NCBI GenBank assembly: GCA_018238625.1
Contig: JABCSY010000059.1
Location: 1 to 24,522 of the forward strand
From: Promethearchaeota archaeon
GTDB lineage: Archaea; Asgardarchaeota; Lokiarchaeia; Sigyniarchaeales; SOKP01
Reading direction: 5' to 3'
Length of the DNA: 24,522 nucleotides
Position numbers and translations under genes: made by a program. Of the stretch, positions 1 through 9,168 are shown one piece after another (the first letter of the stretch is position 1; each line of letters starts with the position of its first letter). Below the pieces are notes generated by a model. It had not been told where the DNA came from, ran no database searches, and was given only the letters and a program-made list of their open reading frames with translations.

Positions 1-1
1 T

Positions 2-112
2 GTCGCATACATCTGTCTTGCCCCCGCGATACTGGCTTATGACCGGGGTGTTCCGATCAAAATCGTTTCTGGAACCCACAAAGATGGTTATGGTCTTGTT
101 GCAAGCCCGAAT
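2..112 (+). other. Fragment resembling an ABC transporter substrate-binding protein (SsuA/NMT1-THI5-like); probably foreign or chimeric sequence at the window edge
   Basis: Frame +2 reads VAYICLAPAILAYDRGVPIKIVSGTHKDGYGLVASPN, similar to the AYxGxxPAIxAxxxGxPIKIVAG pattern of aliphatic sulfonate/NMT1-type binding proteins. Bases 1-120 are 59/120 GC, well above the rest of the window. Confidence 0.5.
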
Positions 113-117
113 GTCAC

Positions 118-1365
118 ATTACGGGTCAATATGTGCATTCGAATGGGCACAGAAGCCTTTACCAGTTATTACAGCCCCATGAAGAAAATCTTTTTAAGTT
201 TCTTAAGGAAAAAGGCTACGAAGTCATATGGATTGGAAGAAACGATCTTTTTGGAAAAGACGCTATTAAACAAAGCGTAACAAAAAGGTTAAGAACGAAA
301 ACTGGTGCTTGGAAAACTAATCCTTATCCCTTAAACCACCCTTTGAGAAAATCTTTTTATTATGGTGAGAGGACTTTAGAGGAGTCAAAAGATAGTGATT
401 ATCAGGTTATTCAAAAGGCAATTAATTATTTAAATTCTGAACATGAGAATCCTTTTTGCCTCTACATAGCCTTGAGCTTTCCTCATCCTCCTTACACGGT
501 TGAAGAGCCTTACTTTTCTATGTATGACCGAAAATTAGTACCCGCCCCAGTACCGCCTAAATTGGACGATAAGCCAGAATTTATGCGTTTAATTCGTGAA
601 AAATATGGTTTGAACAATTTAGATAAAGATGATTTTAGAGAAATTATCGCTACGTATTACGGAATGGTTTCTCGCGTAGATTACCAATTTGGACAAATAA
701 TTGATAAATTAAAAAGTATCGGAGCCTATGAAAACAGTGCAATATTCTTCTTTGCTGATCACGGAGATTATACTGGAGACTATGGATTAACAGAAAAATG
801 GCCTAACGCGTTCCAAGATTGTCTTATCAACGTTCCGCTAATTGCAAAAATACCTGGTATCGAATCAAAAGGAATTCTATACGAGCAATTAGTTCAAACC
901 ATTGATCTTTTTCCTACAGTGTTAGACATCGCTCAAATTAAAACTCAATATACTCACTTTGGTAAGAATTTAATTCCTTTTCTACAAGGTCGCTCAGAAA
1001 AAATAAGAACTGCTGTTTTTGCTGAGGGAGGATATAACCCTCGCGAACCTCAATGTTTTGAACCAGTTGTTAAAAGTCCTGAAATGCTGGGTATTGGTAT
1101 CTATTACGATAAGACTAATATCCCTCAAGAAAATCCATCCACCGTAGCTCGATCTGTTATGATCAGAACCAAAATATGGAAGCTCGTTATTCGAGATAGC
1201 GGGAAGGAAGAGCTTTACGATTTAATGTACGATCCAAACGAAGCTAGTAATTTAATTGATATATACGGCTACGATAAAATTAAAGCCGATCTTAAAGAGA
1301 AGCTTTTAAGGTGGTTTTTAAGAACGAGCGATAATTCAAATTGGAAACGTGAAAGAAATGTTTGA
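118..1365 (+). CDS. Sulfatase (S1 formylglycine-type, choline-sulfatase-like), N-terminus missing
   Basis: Frame +1 has ITGQYVHSNGHR (the TGxYxHxxG segment that normally follows the catalytic CxPxR), FPHPPY, ADHG, VPLI, DLFPT and ELYDLxxDPNE. The GTG at 133 is internal; no CxPxR is present upstream in frame, and there is an in-frame stop at 40-42. Confidence 0.85.
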   Translation: MTGQYVHSNGHRSLYQLLQPHEENLFKFLKEKGYEVIWIGRNDLFGKDAIKQSVTKRLRTKTGAWKTNPYPLNHPLRKSFYYGERTLEESKDSDYQVIQKAINYLNSEHENPFCLYIALSFPHPPYTVEEPYFSMYDRKLVPAPVPPKLDDKPEFMRLIREKYGLNNLDKDDFREIIATYYGMVSRVDYQFGQIIDKLKSIGAYENSAIFFFADHGDYTGDYGLTEKWPNAFQDCLINVPLIAKIPGIESKGILYEQLVQTIDLFPTVLDIAQIKTQYTHFGKNLIPFLQGRSEKIRTAVFAEGGYNPREPQCFEPVVKSPEMLGIGIYYDKTNIPQENPSTVARSVMIRTKIWKLVIRDSGKEELYDLMYDPNEASNLIDIYGYDKIKADLKEKLLRWFLRTSDNSNWKRERNV

Positions 1366-1480
1366 TTAATTGGTTCAATAAGGTTTTTACAAAAATCTTT
1401 TTTTAGACTTTTTAAAGCTTTTAAAGTTTAAAATCAAATGTATAATTAATACAATTTTTTGATTGGTAGTGAATTTTAAA

Positions 1481-2977
1481 ATGAATAAAAAAGATGTAAA
1501 AATAGAAGTTGTGTTTATAGGAAAACCACAATGGGAAGCTGGATGGCCTTATTTGGGATTTGATAATAACAAAACGATAAATTCCATCAGAAAACATCTA
1601 AACGAGAAATTTAATAAAATCGAGTTTAACTATAGTGAGATTATTACAACATACGATAACGAATTAGTTAACCAGATTAAAAAGGATATCGAATCGGCTG
1701 ACGGAGTTATAGTTTTTACGATAGGGCATTATGGAGATCCCGGAATTGTTCAAGCTGGCATTGAATTTATTGAGAGTAAAAAGCCGGTAATATTAGCCAA
1801 TCTTATTTATGCTGGAGACCATACATTCACAAAAATATTCTCAACTGTTAAAGACAAAAATTATCAGTTATCTATTTTGTCTTCAAAAAATTTAGAAGAT
1901 TTTGACAAAATGTTTGAGAATATGTTTAATCTCGTGCGTTTAAGAGGAAAAAGGGTTTTGGTTTACGCCAAGGACGCTATTAAAATGAACTGGGATGTCG
2001 TATTAGGGCTATTTAATCCCGAACGAATGCGAATAGCTAAAAATCATCCAGAGTTTTTGGATCAGATAGGTAAAATGAGTAGCGATGAGGAATTTGAATT
2101 TTATACCGATACGGTTGGTTTTGATCAAGCACACCAGTGGAGAAAGGATGAAACGCTTTATAAAGAAATTTTAAAAAATGTATTCGATATAGAAATGATT
2201 AGAGGAGATCCAGAGGAGATTCTCAAATATTATAATGAGGTTAACACGGACCAAGCAAAAGAGATCGCTCAAAAATGGATTAAAAATGCTACGATAGTAG
2301 AACCTACGGATAAAACCATTTTAAATTCCGCAAAACTATATCTAGCTTTTAAAAATATTTTAAAAGATAAAGACATTGACATTTTTACTCCCGATTGTGG
2401 TACTTTCTTATTGTGTGGCGTGCTTCCCGCTTATCCTTGCATGGCTTTTTTCGAATTAAGTAAAGAAGAAAAATACGGCATATGTGAATCCGACATGGAT
2501 TCGACCGTAAGCTTTCTTTTTGGACTGTACTTAACTGGTAGACCGGGATATGTGTCCAACCACACTTTTGATATCAAAAAAAATCAAATCACATATATGC
2601 ATTGTGTAGCGCCATGTAATTTGCAAGGGCCAGAGGGTCCACAAGCGCCTTACGATATCGTTTACCATGGTGAAACTCATTTTTTAGGTGCCTCGCCTCG
2701 CGTTAAATTTCCAATAGGGGAACCAGTAACGACTATTAAAATCAGCGTTTTTGAAAAAAAAATCTCAATCCGTACGGGAAAAATAATAGATAACATAGTG
2801 GATGAAAAAGGTTGCGTTTCTAAAATGCTAGTAGAAAGCGATGTTGAAAAAATTATGGAAAACTATGATTGGAACGCATTTGGATGGCATAGAGTAACTT
2901 TCATAGGCGATTGGAAAGAAGAATTCATAAACGGAGCAAAAATTTTAGGTTTGCAAGTTGTCGAAGATGACAAATAA
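1481..2977 (+). CDS. L-fucose/D-arabinose isomerase-like (FucI/AraA superfamily) protein
   Basis: PCMAF...GICESD resembles the CExD metal site; YMHCVAP and C-terminal GWHRVTFIGDW match the FucI/AraA C-terminal beta domain. The ATG at 1481 is preferred over the TTG at 1463. Confidence 0.7.
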   Translation: MNKKDVKIEVVFIGKPQWEAGWPYLGFDNNKTINSIRKHLNEKFNKIEFNYSEIITTYDNELVNQIKKDIESADGVIVFTIGHYGDPGIVQAGIEFIESKKPVILANLIYAGDHTFTKIFSTVKDKNYQLSILSSKNLEDFDKMFENMFNLVRLRGKRVLVYAKDAIKMNWDVVLGLFNPERMRIAKNHPEFLDQIGKMSSDEEFEFYTDTVGFDQAHQWRKDETLYKEILKNVFDIEMIRGDPEEILKYYNEVNTDQAKEIAQKWIKNATIVEPTDKTILNSAKLYLAFKNILKDKDIDIFTPDCGTFLLCGVLPAYPCMAFFELSKEEKYGICESDMDSTVSFLFGLYLTGRPGYVSNHTFDIKKNQITYMHCVAPCNLQGPEGPQAPYDIVYHGETHFLGASPRVKFPIGEPVTTIKISVFEKKISIRTGKIIDNIVDEKGCVSKMLVESDVEKIMENYDWNAFGWHRVTFIGDWKEEFINGAKILGLQVVEDDK

Positions 2978-3053
2978 ATATCAGAAAAACATTAAATAGA
3001 TTCTCAACAAAATTGTATATACATAATTAATAATAACTGAAAAGTGATAAAAT

Positions 3054-4406
3054 ATGAGAGAAAAAGATAGAATTCATTCATTTTCAGGTCATTTTCTTTA
3101 TTCGTTAGCTGCGATTCCAAGCTCATTGCATTACAATATGATCCAATCATTTTTAATATTTTTTTATACTATCGTAGCTGGGTTATCGCTAGGAGCAGCC
3201 GGTTTACTTTTGCTATTATATGGTATTTGGAACGCTGTTAACGACCCACTAATGGGGTATTACATGGATAAATGGAAATTCGAAAAATGGGGTCGACGCA
3301 TCCCTTATATGGTAATTGGAATAATTCCATTTACTGTTGGTTTTATGTTTTTATGGTGGGTTCCGTGGACAGACCAGATGGGAATTTTCTTACATGGTTT
3401 GATTATGCTGTTTTTATTCGATTTCGGTTTCACGTTGGCAATGACCGCATGGTCAGCGTTATATATTGAAATGTATGAAGACGAAAAGGAGCGTGCGTCG
3501 GTTGTTGCCATTAAAGACTTGATTGCTTTTCTGTCCGCGATGATTGGACTAATATTACCTCCTTTATTAGCATCTGCAATGGGATGGCCCATAGTAGGTA
3601 TATTATTTGGCGCTTTAATACCGGTTACTATGTTATTGTCTCTTTTGGGTATAAGGGAAAGGAAGGAATATCAAATCGATGAACCACTCCCTATTTTCAC
3701 GGCATTTAAAGAAACTTTAACGAATATGCCATTTCTAAATATTACATTGACCTACACTTTAATAGATTTCTTTACTGGATTAACACTAACCGTTCTCCCT
3801 TTATATGCCCGATTTATTCTTAAAATGGATGAGGGATTAGTGGGATTTGCGGCAATAGGAATCGCCCTAGGGATTCTTACAAGCGTTTTATTCTGGAAAT
3901 GGATTTATGCCAAAAAAGGTCCAAAGTATGGATTATTGCTCTCTATTGGAATTTTTACGATTGGAATTTGGCCTTTATTCCTTGTTGATAATTTTCCTCT
4001 CCTAATTATTATTACAATAATTCCAGGATTTGGAGCAGGGGGAATGTTAATGACTGAACCAGCTATGAGCGCCGCAATAGATTCAGACGAGTTAAAGACG
4101 GGTAAAAGGCGAGAGGCCACATTTATGGGGATCTTAACTTTTGTAGCAAGACTATCAATGGTTTTTTCAGGTTTAACATTGATAATCGTACAAGTTTTAA
4201 CGGGATTTGATGTAGAAGCCATCACACAATCCCCACAAGCGGAGATTGGATTAAAAGCATTAGTATCGTTCGTTCCAGTCATAGGTGGTTTACTTGCTTT
4301 GTTAGTGTTTAAGTTTTTCCCACTTAACTACGATAAATTCATGGAGCAACAAAAAAAGTTGAGTGAACTTCACGAAGAACGTTTGACTAAATTAAAGAAT
4401 TTATAA
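3054..4406 (+). CDS. GPH-family (MelB/MFS_2) glycoside-pentoside-hexuronide:cation symporter
   Basis: About 12 hydrophobic segments; WNAVNDPLMGYYMD, WGRRIPY, DELKTGKRREA and terminal FPL motifs. Confidence 0.9.
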   Translation: MREKDRIHSFSGHFLYSLAAIPSSLHYNMIQSFLIFFYTIVAGLSLGAAGLLLLLYGIWNAVNDPLMGYYMDKWKFEKWGRRIPYMVIGIIPFTVGFMFLWWVPWTDQMGIFLHGLIMLFLFDFGFTLAMTAWSALYIEMYEDEKERASVVAIKDLIAFLSAMIGLILPPLLASAMGWPIVGILFGALIPVTMLLSLLGIRERKEYQIDEPLPIFTAFKETLTNMPFLNITLTYTLIDFFTGLTLTVLPLYARFILKMDEGLVGFAAIGIALGILTSVLFWKWIYAKKGPKYGLLLSIGIFTIGIWPLFLVDNFPLLIIITIIPGFGAGGMLMTEPAMSAAIDSDELKTGKRREATFMGILTFVARLSMVFSGLTLIIVQVLTGFDVEAITQSPQAEIGLKALVSFVPVIGGLLALLVFKFFPLNYDKFMEQQKKLSELHEERLTKLKNL

Positions 4407-4515
4407 TAAGTTTAAAATAATTTTTATTTTAATTTTTAAGGCTCAATCTCTTTAAAACAACTTTAAATAATGGACATCAAGCATAGTCAAGTCCAAACTA
4501 AAAAACTTACTTATA

Positions 4516-5016
4516 TCAATCTTGAGCAAATTCATTTTTAATAAGATCACTCCAAGACCAAATATAAACATTTTTGGTTTCCGGAATAATTTTTAAAATG
4601 TTACCCAATTCAATATCCTCTGTCAAGAATATTCCTTTTAATGCTGCAGCACTAGCAGCAATTAAACAATCCATAAAATCAGTATGACCGGCATGTTTTA
4701 TGTTAACCGCAATCCTAATTGCTTCAGGATTTAGTAACGGGTTGAAAATTTGTATCGCGCTGGAGGAAAGTATTGAAGGTATTGCTATGGCGTAACGATT
4801 AAGTACATCAACATCTTTATTCTTTCGATATTCCCCATTTAATTTAAACAAAACTTCCATTAAGCATGTTGAGGGTAAGAATAAATTGAATCCTTTTAAT
4901 CCATTCGACCAGAGTACTTTAGAGAATTTTTTAAAATTAGTCAGTTCTATTATTTTAATACCAAATAATGGTAAAATATAGGTTGTATCTATTATTAAAG
5001 GTTTAATGTTCTTCAT
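4516..5016 (-). CDS. vapC: PIN-domain protein (VapC-like toxin)
   Basis: IIDTT, LMEV, DFMDCLIAASA and LTED supply the PIN acidic residues; overlaps the upstream antitoxin gene by 14 nt. Confidence 0.8.
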   Translation of the reverse strand: MKNIKPLIIDTTYILPLFGIKIIELTNFKKFSKVLWSNGLKGFNLFLPSTCLMEVLFKLNGEYRKNKDVDVLNRYAIAIPSILSSSAIQIFNPLLNPEAIRIAVNIKHAGHTDFMDCLIAASAAALKGIFLTEDIELGNILKIIPETKNVYIWSWSDLIKNEFAQD

Positions 5017-5263
5017 TTGTCAATTTCTCTTGTATTTTCATTTCTTCTTCAATATCCTTTTCTACACTTTCAGCTGTTCCTTGCGAAATGATTGGCATTT
5101 CTAGAAGTTCTTCGACAGTGAAAATTTTATTTATTATCAGTCGCCCAGGTTGAGCCTCAATCAATACATTATCTCCAGGTCGGATACCGGAAATTTCTCT
5201 CAAGGGTTTTTTTGGAAGAATCTCCCCTTTTTTACCGACTTTTACTTTCTCATCAATTGTCAT
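5003..5263 (-). CDS. AbrB/MazE/SpoVT-family antitoxin
   Basis: KVKVGKKGEILPKKPLREISGIRPGDNVLI is a swapped-hairpin AbrB motif followed by an acidic tail. The ATG at 5263 lies 23-30 nt downstream of a BRE/TATA-like element, so it is preferred over 5314. Confidence 0.85.
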   Translation of the reverse strand: MTIDEKVKVGKKGEILPKKPLREISGIRPGDNVLIEAQPGRLIINKIFTVEELLEMPIISQGTAESVEKDIEEEMKIQEKLTNEEH

Positions 5264-5285
5264 ATAAACAAAATGGTTGTCAGAA

Positions 5286-5300
5286 TATTTAAGTTTTTTC
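5286..5300 (-). promoter_or_regulatory. Archaeal BRE + TATA box for the AbrB-PIN operon (probably leaderless)
   Basis: The minus strand reads GAAAAAA-CTTAAATA, ending 23 nt upstream of the ATG at 5263. Confidence 0.5.
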
Positions 5301-5410
5301 GGAATATTTTTCAATGTGATATTTATGCTAAATTTATTACATTTAACTTTTAAGATTCAGAACGGAAAAAAAGGTTTAATAAATTATTTAAAAAAAAATT
5401 ATTTTTATTT

Positions 5411-6469
5411 TTAAGTTTCGATCTCTTTAGGTTCTTCTCTAGGTAATCTATCGTCAACTACCGGAAAGGATTTGAATTTCTGGTGTGGCTCTGTTTGATA
5501 CCAGTAAGCTGTTGAAGACCAATCGTCTGATCTTTGATTCGCATGACCGTGCTCGATCTTTACTTTAATATTTTTGTGAAAATATATCGGATCCTCTATA
5601 TGGTATCGATAATAGGATATTTTTCCGCTCCAATTTTTACCTCCCGGTAACGGAATTCCAAAGTAGGGCGAGCAATAGTATTGAGTTGGGCACCACGATG
5701 TACAAAAATAATCTTCTGTGCCAGTTCCGTATAGAATAATTTCACCGTCATCTATCTCTATGTAATCGTCTCCTTCACCAGGCCAATTGTGCTTCTCAGT
5801 CTCATATAAATTATGAATATCTAAATGGAATCCGACAAAATGACCTTCACCTTCAGCGTGCATAACAAAATAATCTTTCTCGTGCGTTGGATTCTTTTTA
5901 AAAGAAAACTCCACTTTCTTCTTTTTATCATAATCGCTTCCTTCACATGGATTTACGCGATTCCAAAAAACGTGAAATCTACCATAAGTAGAGTCTAACG
6001 CGATATATTCTTCGTAATCAATATAAAAATAAACTACCAAGGCGGTATCACTTTCATTTTCAATTTCTATTCGAGCTCGTTTTGAGAATGGCATTGGAAA
6101 AAAACAATTAAATCCTTTTCCATCCTCTGGTCCCATAGAAAGCGGCAAACTCCAAAAATTTGCGGTTTTTGCGTGCCCCATCCCAAAAAAATCACCTATT
6201 GGGCACTCTACTGAAGGGTGCTCTTCGTTATCCCACCACATTCTAATAACTGCTTTTCTCAAGTAAAAAGGATCTCCCGAGGCAATCGTCATCCAGATGT
6301 GTTTTATCATTCCAGCGCCTTCAACGTTACAAATTTCCCTAGTTTCGTTGCCCTTGAAAGTAAAGAAATCCGCATTTGCTCCTGTTTTATCGTAACTAGA
6401 AATCCTTTTTCTCTTCACATCTTTCCTAATCTGGGCTAAATTTGATAAAGAATTAAATCCAAACTCCAT
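5411..6469 (-). CDS. DUF2961 / glycoside hydrolase family 172 protein, no signal peptide
   Basis: SSYDKTGANAD, HIWMT, PIGDFFG, NCFFPMPF, WPGEGD, GTGTEDYF, YRYHIEDPIYF, IEHGHAN and AYWYQ are hallmark DUF2961 motifs; both candidate catalytic Glu residues (GEGD, TEDY) are present. Confidence 0.9.
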   Translation of the reverse strand: MEFGFNSLSNLAQIRKDVKRKRISSYDKTGANADFFTFKGNETREICNVEGAGMIKHIWMTIASGDPFYLRKAVIRMWWDNEEHPSVECPIGDFFGMGHAKTANFWSLPLSMGPEDGKGFNCFFPMPFSKRARIEIENESDTALVVYFYIDYEEYIALDSTYGRFHVFWNRVNPCEGSDYDKKKKVEFSFKKNPTHEKDYFVMHAEGEGHFVGFHLDIHNLYETEKHNWPGEGDDYIEIDDGEIILYGTGTEDYFCTSWCPTQYYCSPYFGIPLPGGKNWSGKISYYRYHIEDPIYFHKNIKVKIEHGHANQRSDDWSSTAYWYQTEPHQKFKSFPVVDDRLPREEPKEIET

Positions 6470-6586
6470 TATTATCCCTTTTTTCCAAAATTAATAACTA
6501 AGATTATGTAATTATGGGTATTAAAAGTTTAAAATATTGCGAAAAATAACTTTAAATTTATTTCTTAATTTCTATAAATGGATTAA

Positions 6587-7825
6587 ATGGGGATTAAAAC
6601 TGAGAATAATTTAAATCGTTCAAAGAGCAATTTTGGAAAGCACGTAAAAATTTTGCTTTTTGTTATCTTGTTTGGAGTATTTTCCAGAAATTTAGGAATA
6701 AGCGTGGTTAATATTGGCTTACCTTCTTTTATTATAAGCCTATCTGGAACTCTTACTGCTTACGGAATCGTAATAGGGATTTTTTCTGTAACGCAAGCGC
6801 TGTTTCAATTTCCATTCGCTGCTGCCTCTGATAAGTATGGTAGAAGATTAGTTGTACTTATCGGTTTGATTATATACGTAATTGGAACTTTTTTATGTTT
6901 TATCGCTCAAGACATTGTTCAACTAATAATCTTTAGAGCAATTCAAGGGGCAGGAGCTTATACATCAATTTTACAAGCAATTATTGGTGATATTTACGAG
7001 AAAGAAGAGCACGGAAAAGGAATGGGATTTTACGCGTTATCGATGTCCTTAGGCTACTTTGGAGGTATCGTTATTGGGGGATATATCTCTTCATATTTAG
7101 GGTTTAGGAACATATTTTCTATTTCGGGGATTTTAACTATAATATCGGGTGTAGTTATGATTATTTTCTTGAAGGAAAAGAGAAACAAAAAGGTGAAATC
7201 CGATTTAGATGGTCCCAAAAATGAGAATAAAATGTCGCTAAATCTATATAACATAAAAATCTTATTACAAGAAAAGCAGTTTGTAATTACTATATTTTTA
7301 AATAGCGTAAGATGGTTTATATTTGGAGGAATTATGGCATATTTAATTTGGGTCTTACAGGTTCAATTTATTTTAGACGAAATTCAAACGAGCTATGCTT
7401 TAATTCTTATTGTAGCAGCTTACATTACTTCTGTGTTTGTCTCGGGTAGATTAACAGATCGTTATAGCCCAAGAAAAATGATGTTAATCGGACAAATAAT
7501 TGTTATCATTTTTGCTCTATCGTTCTTAACTATTTTAGTTTTTGATCTGATTGTATTTTTAACTATTTCAACGCTCGTTGGGATAGGGTTGGCGTTTTAC
7601 GAACCCGCGGGAAACACATTACTATTAAACATTATCGAAAAAATTGACCCGAATTTAAAAGGTACGGGCATCGGATTTAACAACACAATAGGGTTTTTAT
7701 GTAGCGCTATTGGACCAATTGTTATTAGTAGTTTAGGAGAAATATATATATTTGCACCTTTTTACTTAATTAATGGTTTAATAGTTATCACGTTCTTTAT
7801 AACTTTGAAATTAGTAAAGAAATGA
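6587..7825 (+). CDS. MFS transporter (MFS_1, drug:H+ antiporter/YajR-like)
   Basis: About 12 TM segments; motif A SDKYGRR, FRAIQGAGA and second-half GRLTDRYSPRK. Confidence 0.85.
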   Translation: MGIKTENNLNRSKSNFGKHVKILLFVILFGVFSRNLGISVVNIGLPSFIISLSGTLTAYGIVIGIFSVTQALFQFPFAAASDKYGRRLVVLIGLIIYVIGTFLCFIAQDIVQLIIFRAIQGAGAYTSILQAIIGDIYEKEEHGKGMGFYALSMSLGYFGGIVIGGYISSYLGFRNIFSISGILTIISGVVMIIFLKEKRNKKVKSDLDGPKNENKMSLNLYNIKILLQEKQFVITIFLNSVRWFIFGGIMAYLIWVLQVQFILDEIQTSYALILIVAAYITSVFVSGRLTDRYSPRKMMLIGQIIVIIFALSFLTILVFDLIVFLTISTLVGIGLAFYEPAGNTLLLNIIEKIDPNLKGTGIGFNNTIGFLCSAIGPIVISSLGEIYIFAPFYLINGLIVITFFITLKLVKK

Positions 7826-7847
7826 CGTATAATTTATTGACACTCTC

Positions 7848-8270
7848 TTAATTAAGTTCTCCTTGAATTTGGACAAAGACTTTCCTGTTTCGCGGACCAT
7901 CATATTCTGCAAACATCACACCTTGCCATGTTCCAAGCATTAATCTTCCCTCATGAATTAATAGTTCTAACGAGTGTCCTGTTAAAAAGCATTTAATATG
8001 CGCATCTGAGTTACCTTCCATGTGCTTAAATGAATATCCTAAACTTCCGCCTTTTGGTATCAATTTGTTCAAATAATTAGAAATATCTTTCATAACGGAG
8101 GGATCTGCGTTCTCATTAATTGTTATTCCTGCAGTAGTGTGTGGTACAAATACGCGGCAGACACCTTCATTTATACTCGAATTCCTTACAATCTTTCTAA
8201 TTTCATTTGTAATTTCTAGTAAAACTTCTCTTTCTGGGGTTTTTACTCTAAATTCTTCAAACACAATCAT
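7848..8270 (-). CDS. yjbQ: YjbQ / UPF0047 family (secondary thiamine-phosphate synthase)
   Basis: PHTTAGITINENADPSV, EGNSDAHIK and LGTWQGVMFAEYDGPRNRKV; a GGTGA RBS lies just upstream of the ATG. Confidence 0.92.
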   Translation of the reverse strand: MIVFEEFRVKTPEREVLLEITNEIRKIVRNSSINEGVCRVFVPHTTAGITINENADPSVMKDISNYLNKLIPKGGSLGYSFKHMEGNSDAHIKCFLTGHSLELLIHEGRLMLGTWQGVMFAEYDGPRNRKVFVQIQGELN

Positions 8271-8294
8271 CTAATCACCATATTACATATTATG

Positions 8295-9065
8295 TTATAT
8301 ATTGTTAAAATTACCGTGTTTACCTTTACCTTTAGTAAAGTTTTGGCTTCCCTCCATGTATTCTCCGCTTTCTAAGGTTTTTAAACCGTATTCAAATTCA
8401 TTTACCATCGCATCTTTACTATCTAATCCAATTTGTTCATAAGCGGAGAATCGATCGTTTCTCATGCAAGTTTTTGGAAAAGCCGCAATTTCTCTTGCTA
8501 ATTTTTCTGCTTCTATTCTCGCTCGACCTACATCAACTACTCGATTAGCAAGCCCCCACGCGAGCGCTTCTTCAGCATTCACAGGGCGTCCTGTAAGAAT
8601 CATATCCATAGCACGACTCAATCCTATAAGTCTTGGTAATCTTACAGTACCACCATCTATAAGTGGTACTCCAAATCTGCGACAAAACACTCCAAAAATC
8701 GCATCTTTCTCAACGACACGCATATCGCACCATAGAGCAAGCTCTAATCCTCCCGCAACAGCATATCCGGCTATAGCTGCAATAACTGGTTTTGATAAAA
8801 ACATCCGCGTTGGACCCATCGAACCATCTCCCTCTTTTTCAATTCGATTTCCTTTTCCTTCAGCAATAGCTTTCAGATTAGCGCCCGAACAAAACGTTCC
8901 ATTAGCACCCCATAATACCGCAACTAAAGCTCTTTTATCGTTTTCGAATTCTCTAAATGCAACGCTCAATTCTTGAGCTGTAGGGCCATCTACTGCGTTC
9001 TTAACTTCGGGATTTTTAATAACAATGGTAAATACAGGATAATTTTTTTCAATTAATATTGCCAT
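8295..9065 (-). CDS. Enoyl-CoA hydratase/isomerase (crotonase) family protein
   Basis: NAVDG, FCSGANLK, KPVIAAIAGYAVAGGLELALWCDMR and RLPRLIGLSRAMDMILTGRPV. Confidence 0.92.
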   Translation of the reverse strand: MAILIEKNYPVFTIVIKNPEVKNAVDGPTAQELSVAFREFENDKRALVAVLWGANGTFCSGANLKAIAEGKGNRIEKEGDGSMGPTRMFLSKPVIAAIAGYAVAGGLELALWCDMRVVEKDAIFGVFCRRFGVPLIDGGTVRLPRLIGLSRAMDMILTGRPVNAEEALAWGLANRVVDVGRARIEAEKLAREIAAFPKTCMRNDRFSAYEQIGLDSKDAMVNEFEYGLKTLESGEYMEGSQNFTKGKGKHGNFNNI

Positions 9066-9168
9066 GTAAGTTATTAGAATTAGAAAATAGATAAATTTAT
9101 TTTCGGATTATTTCTTTTTTCTTTATCTTATCTAATATGACATTTAAAATTTAAACATCCTAGAAATT

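Noticed and set aside
3272-4282. ORFs 3272-3469(+), 3305-3592(-) and 3905-4282(-)
   Set aside because: Alternative-frame or antisense shadows inside the GPH permease, with no motifs.
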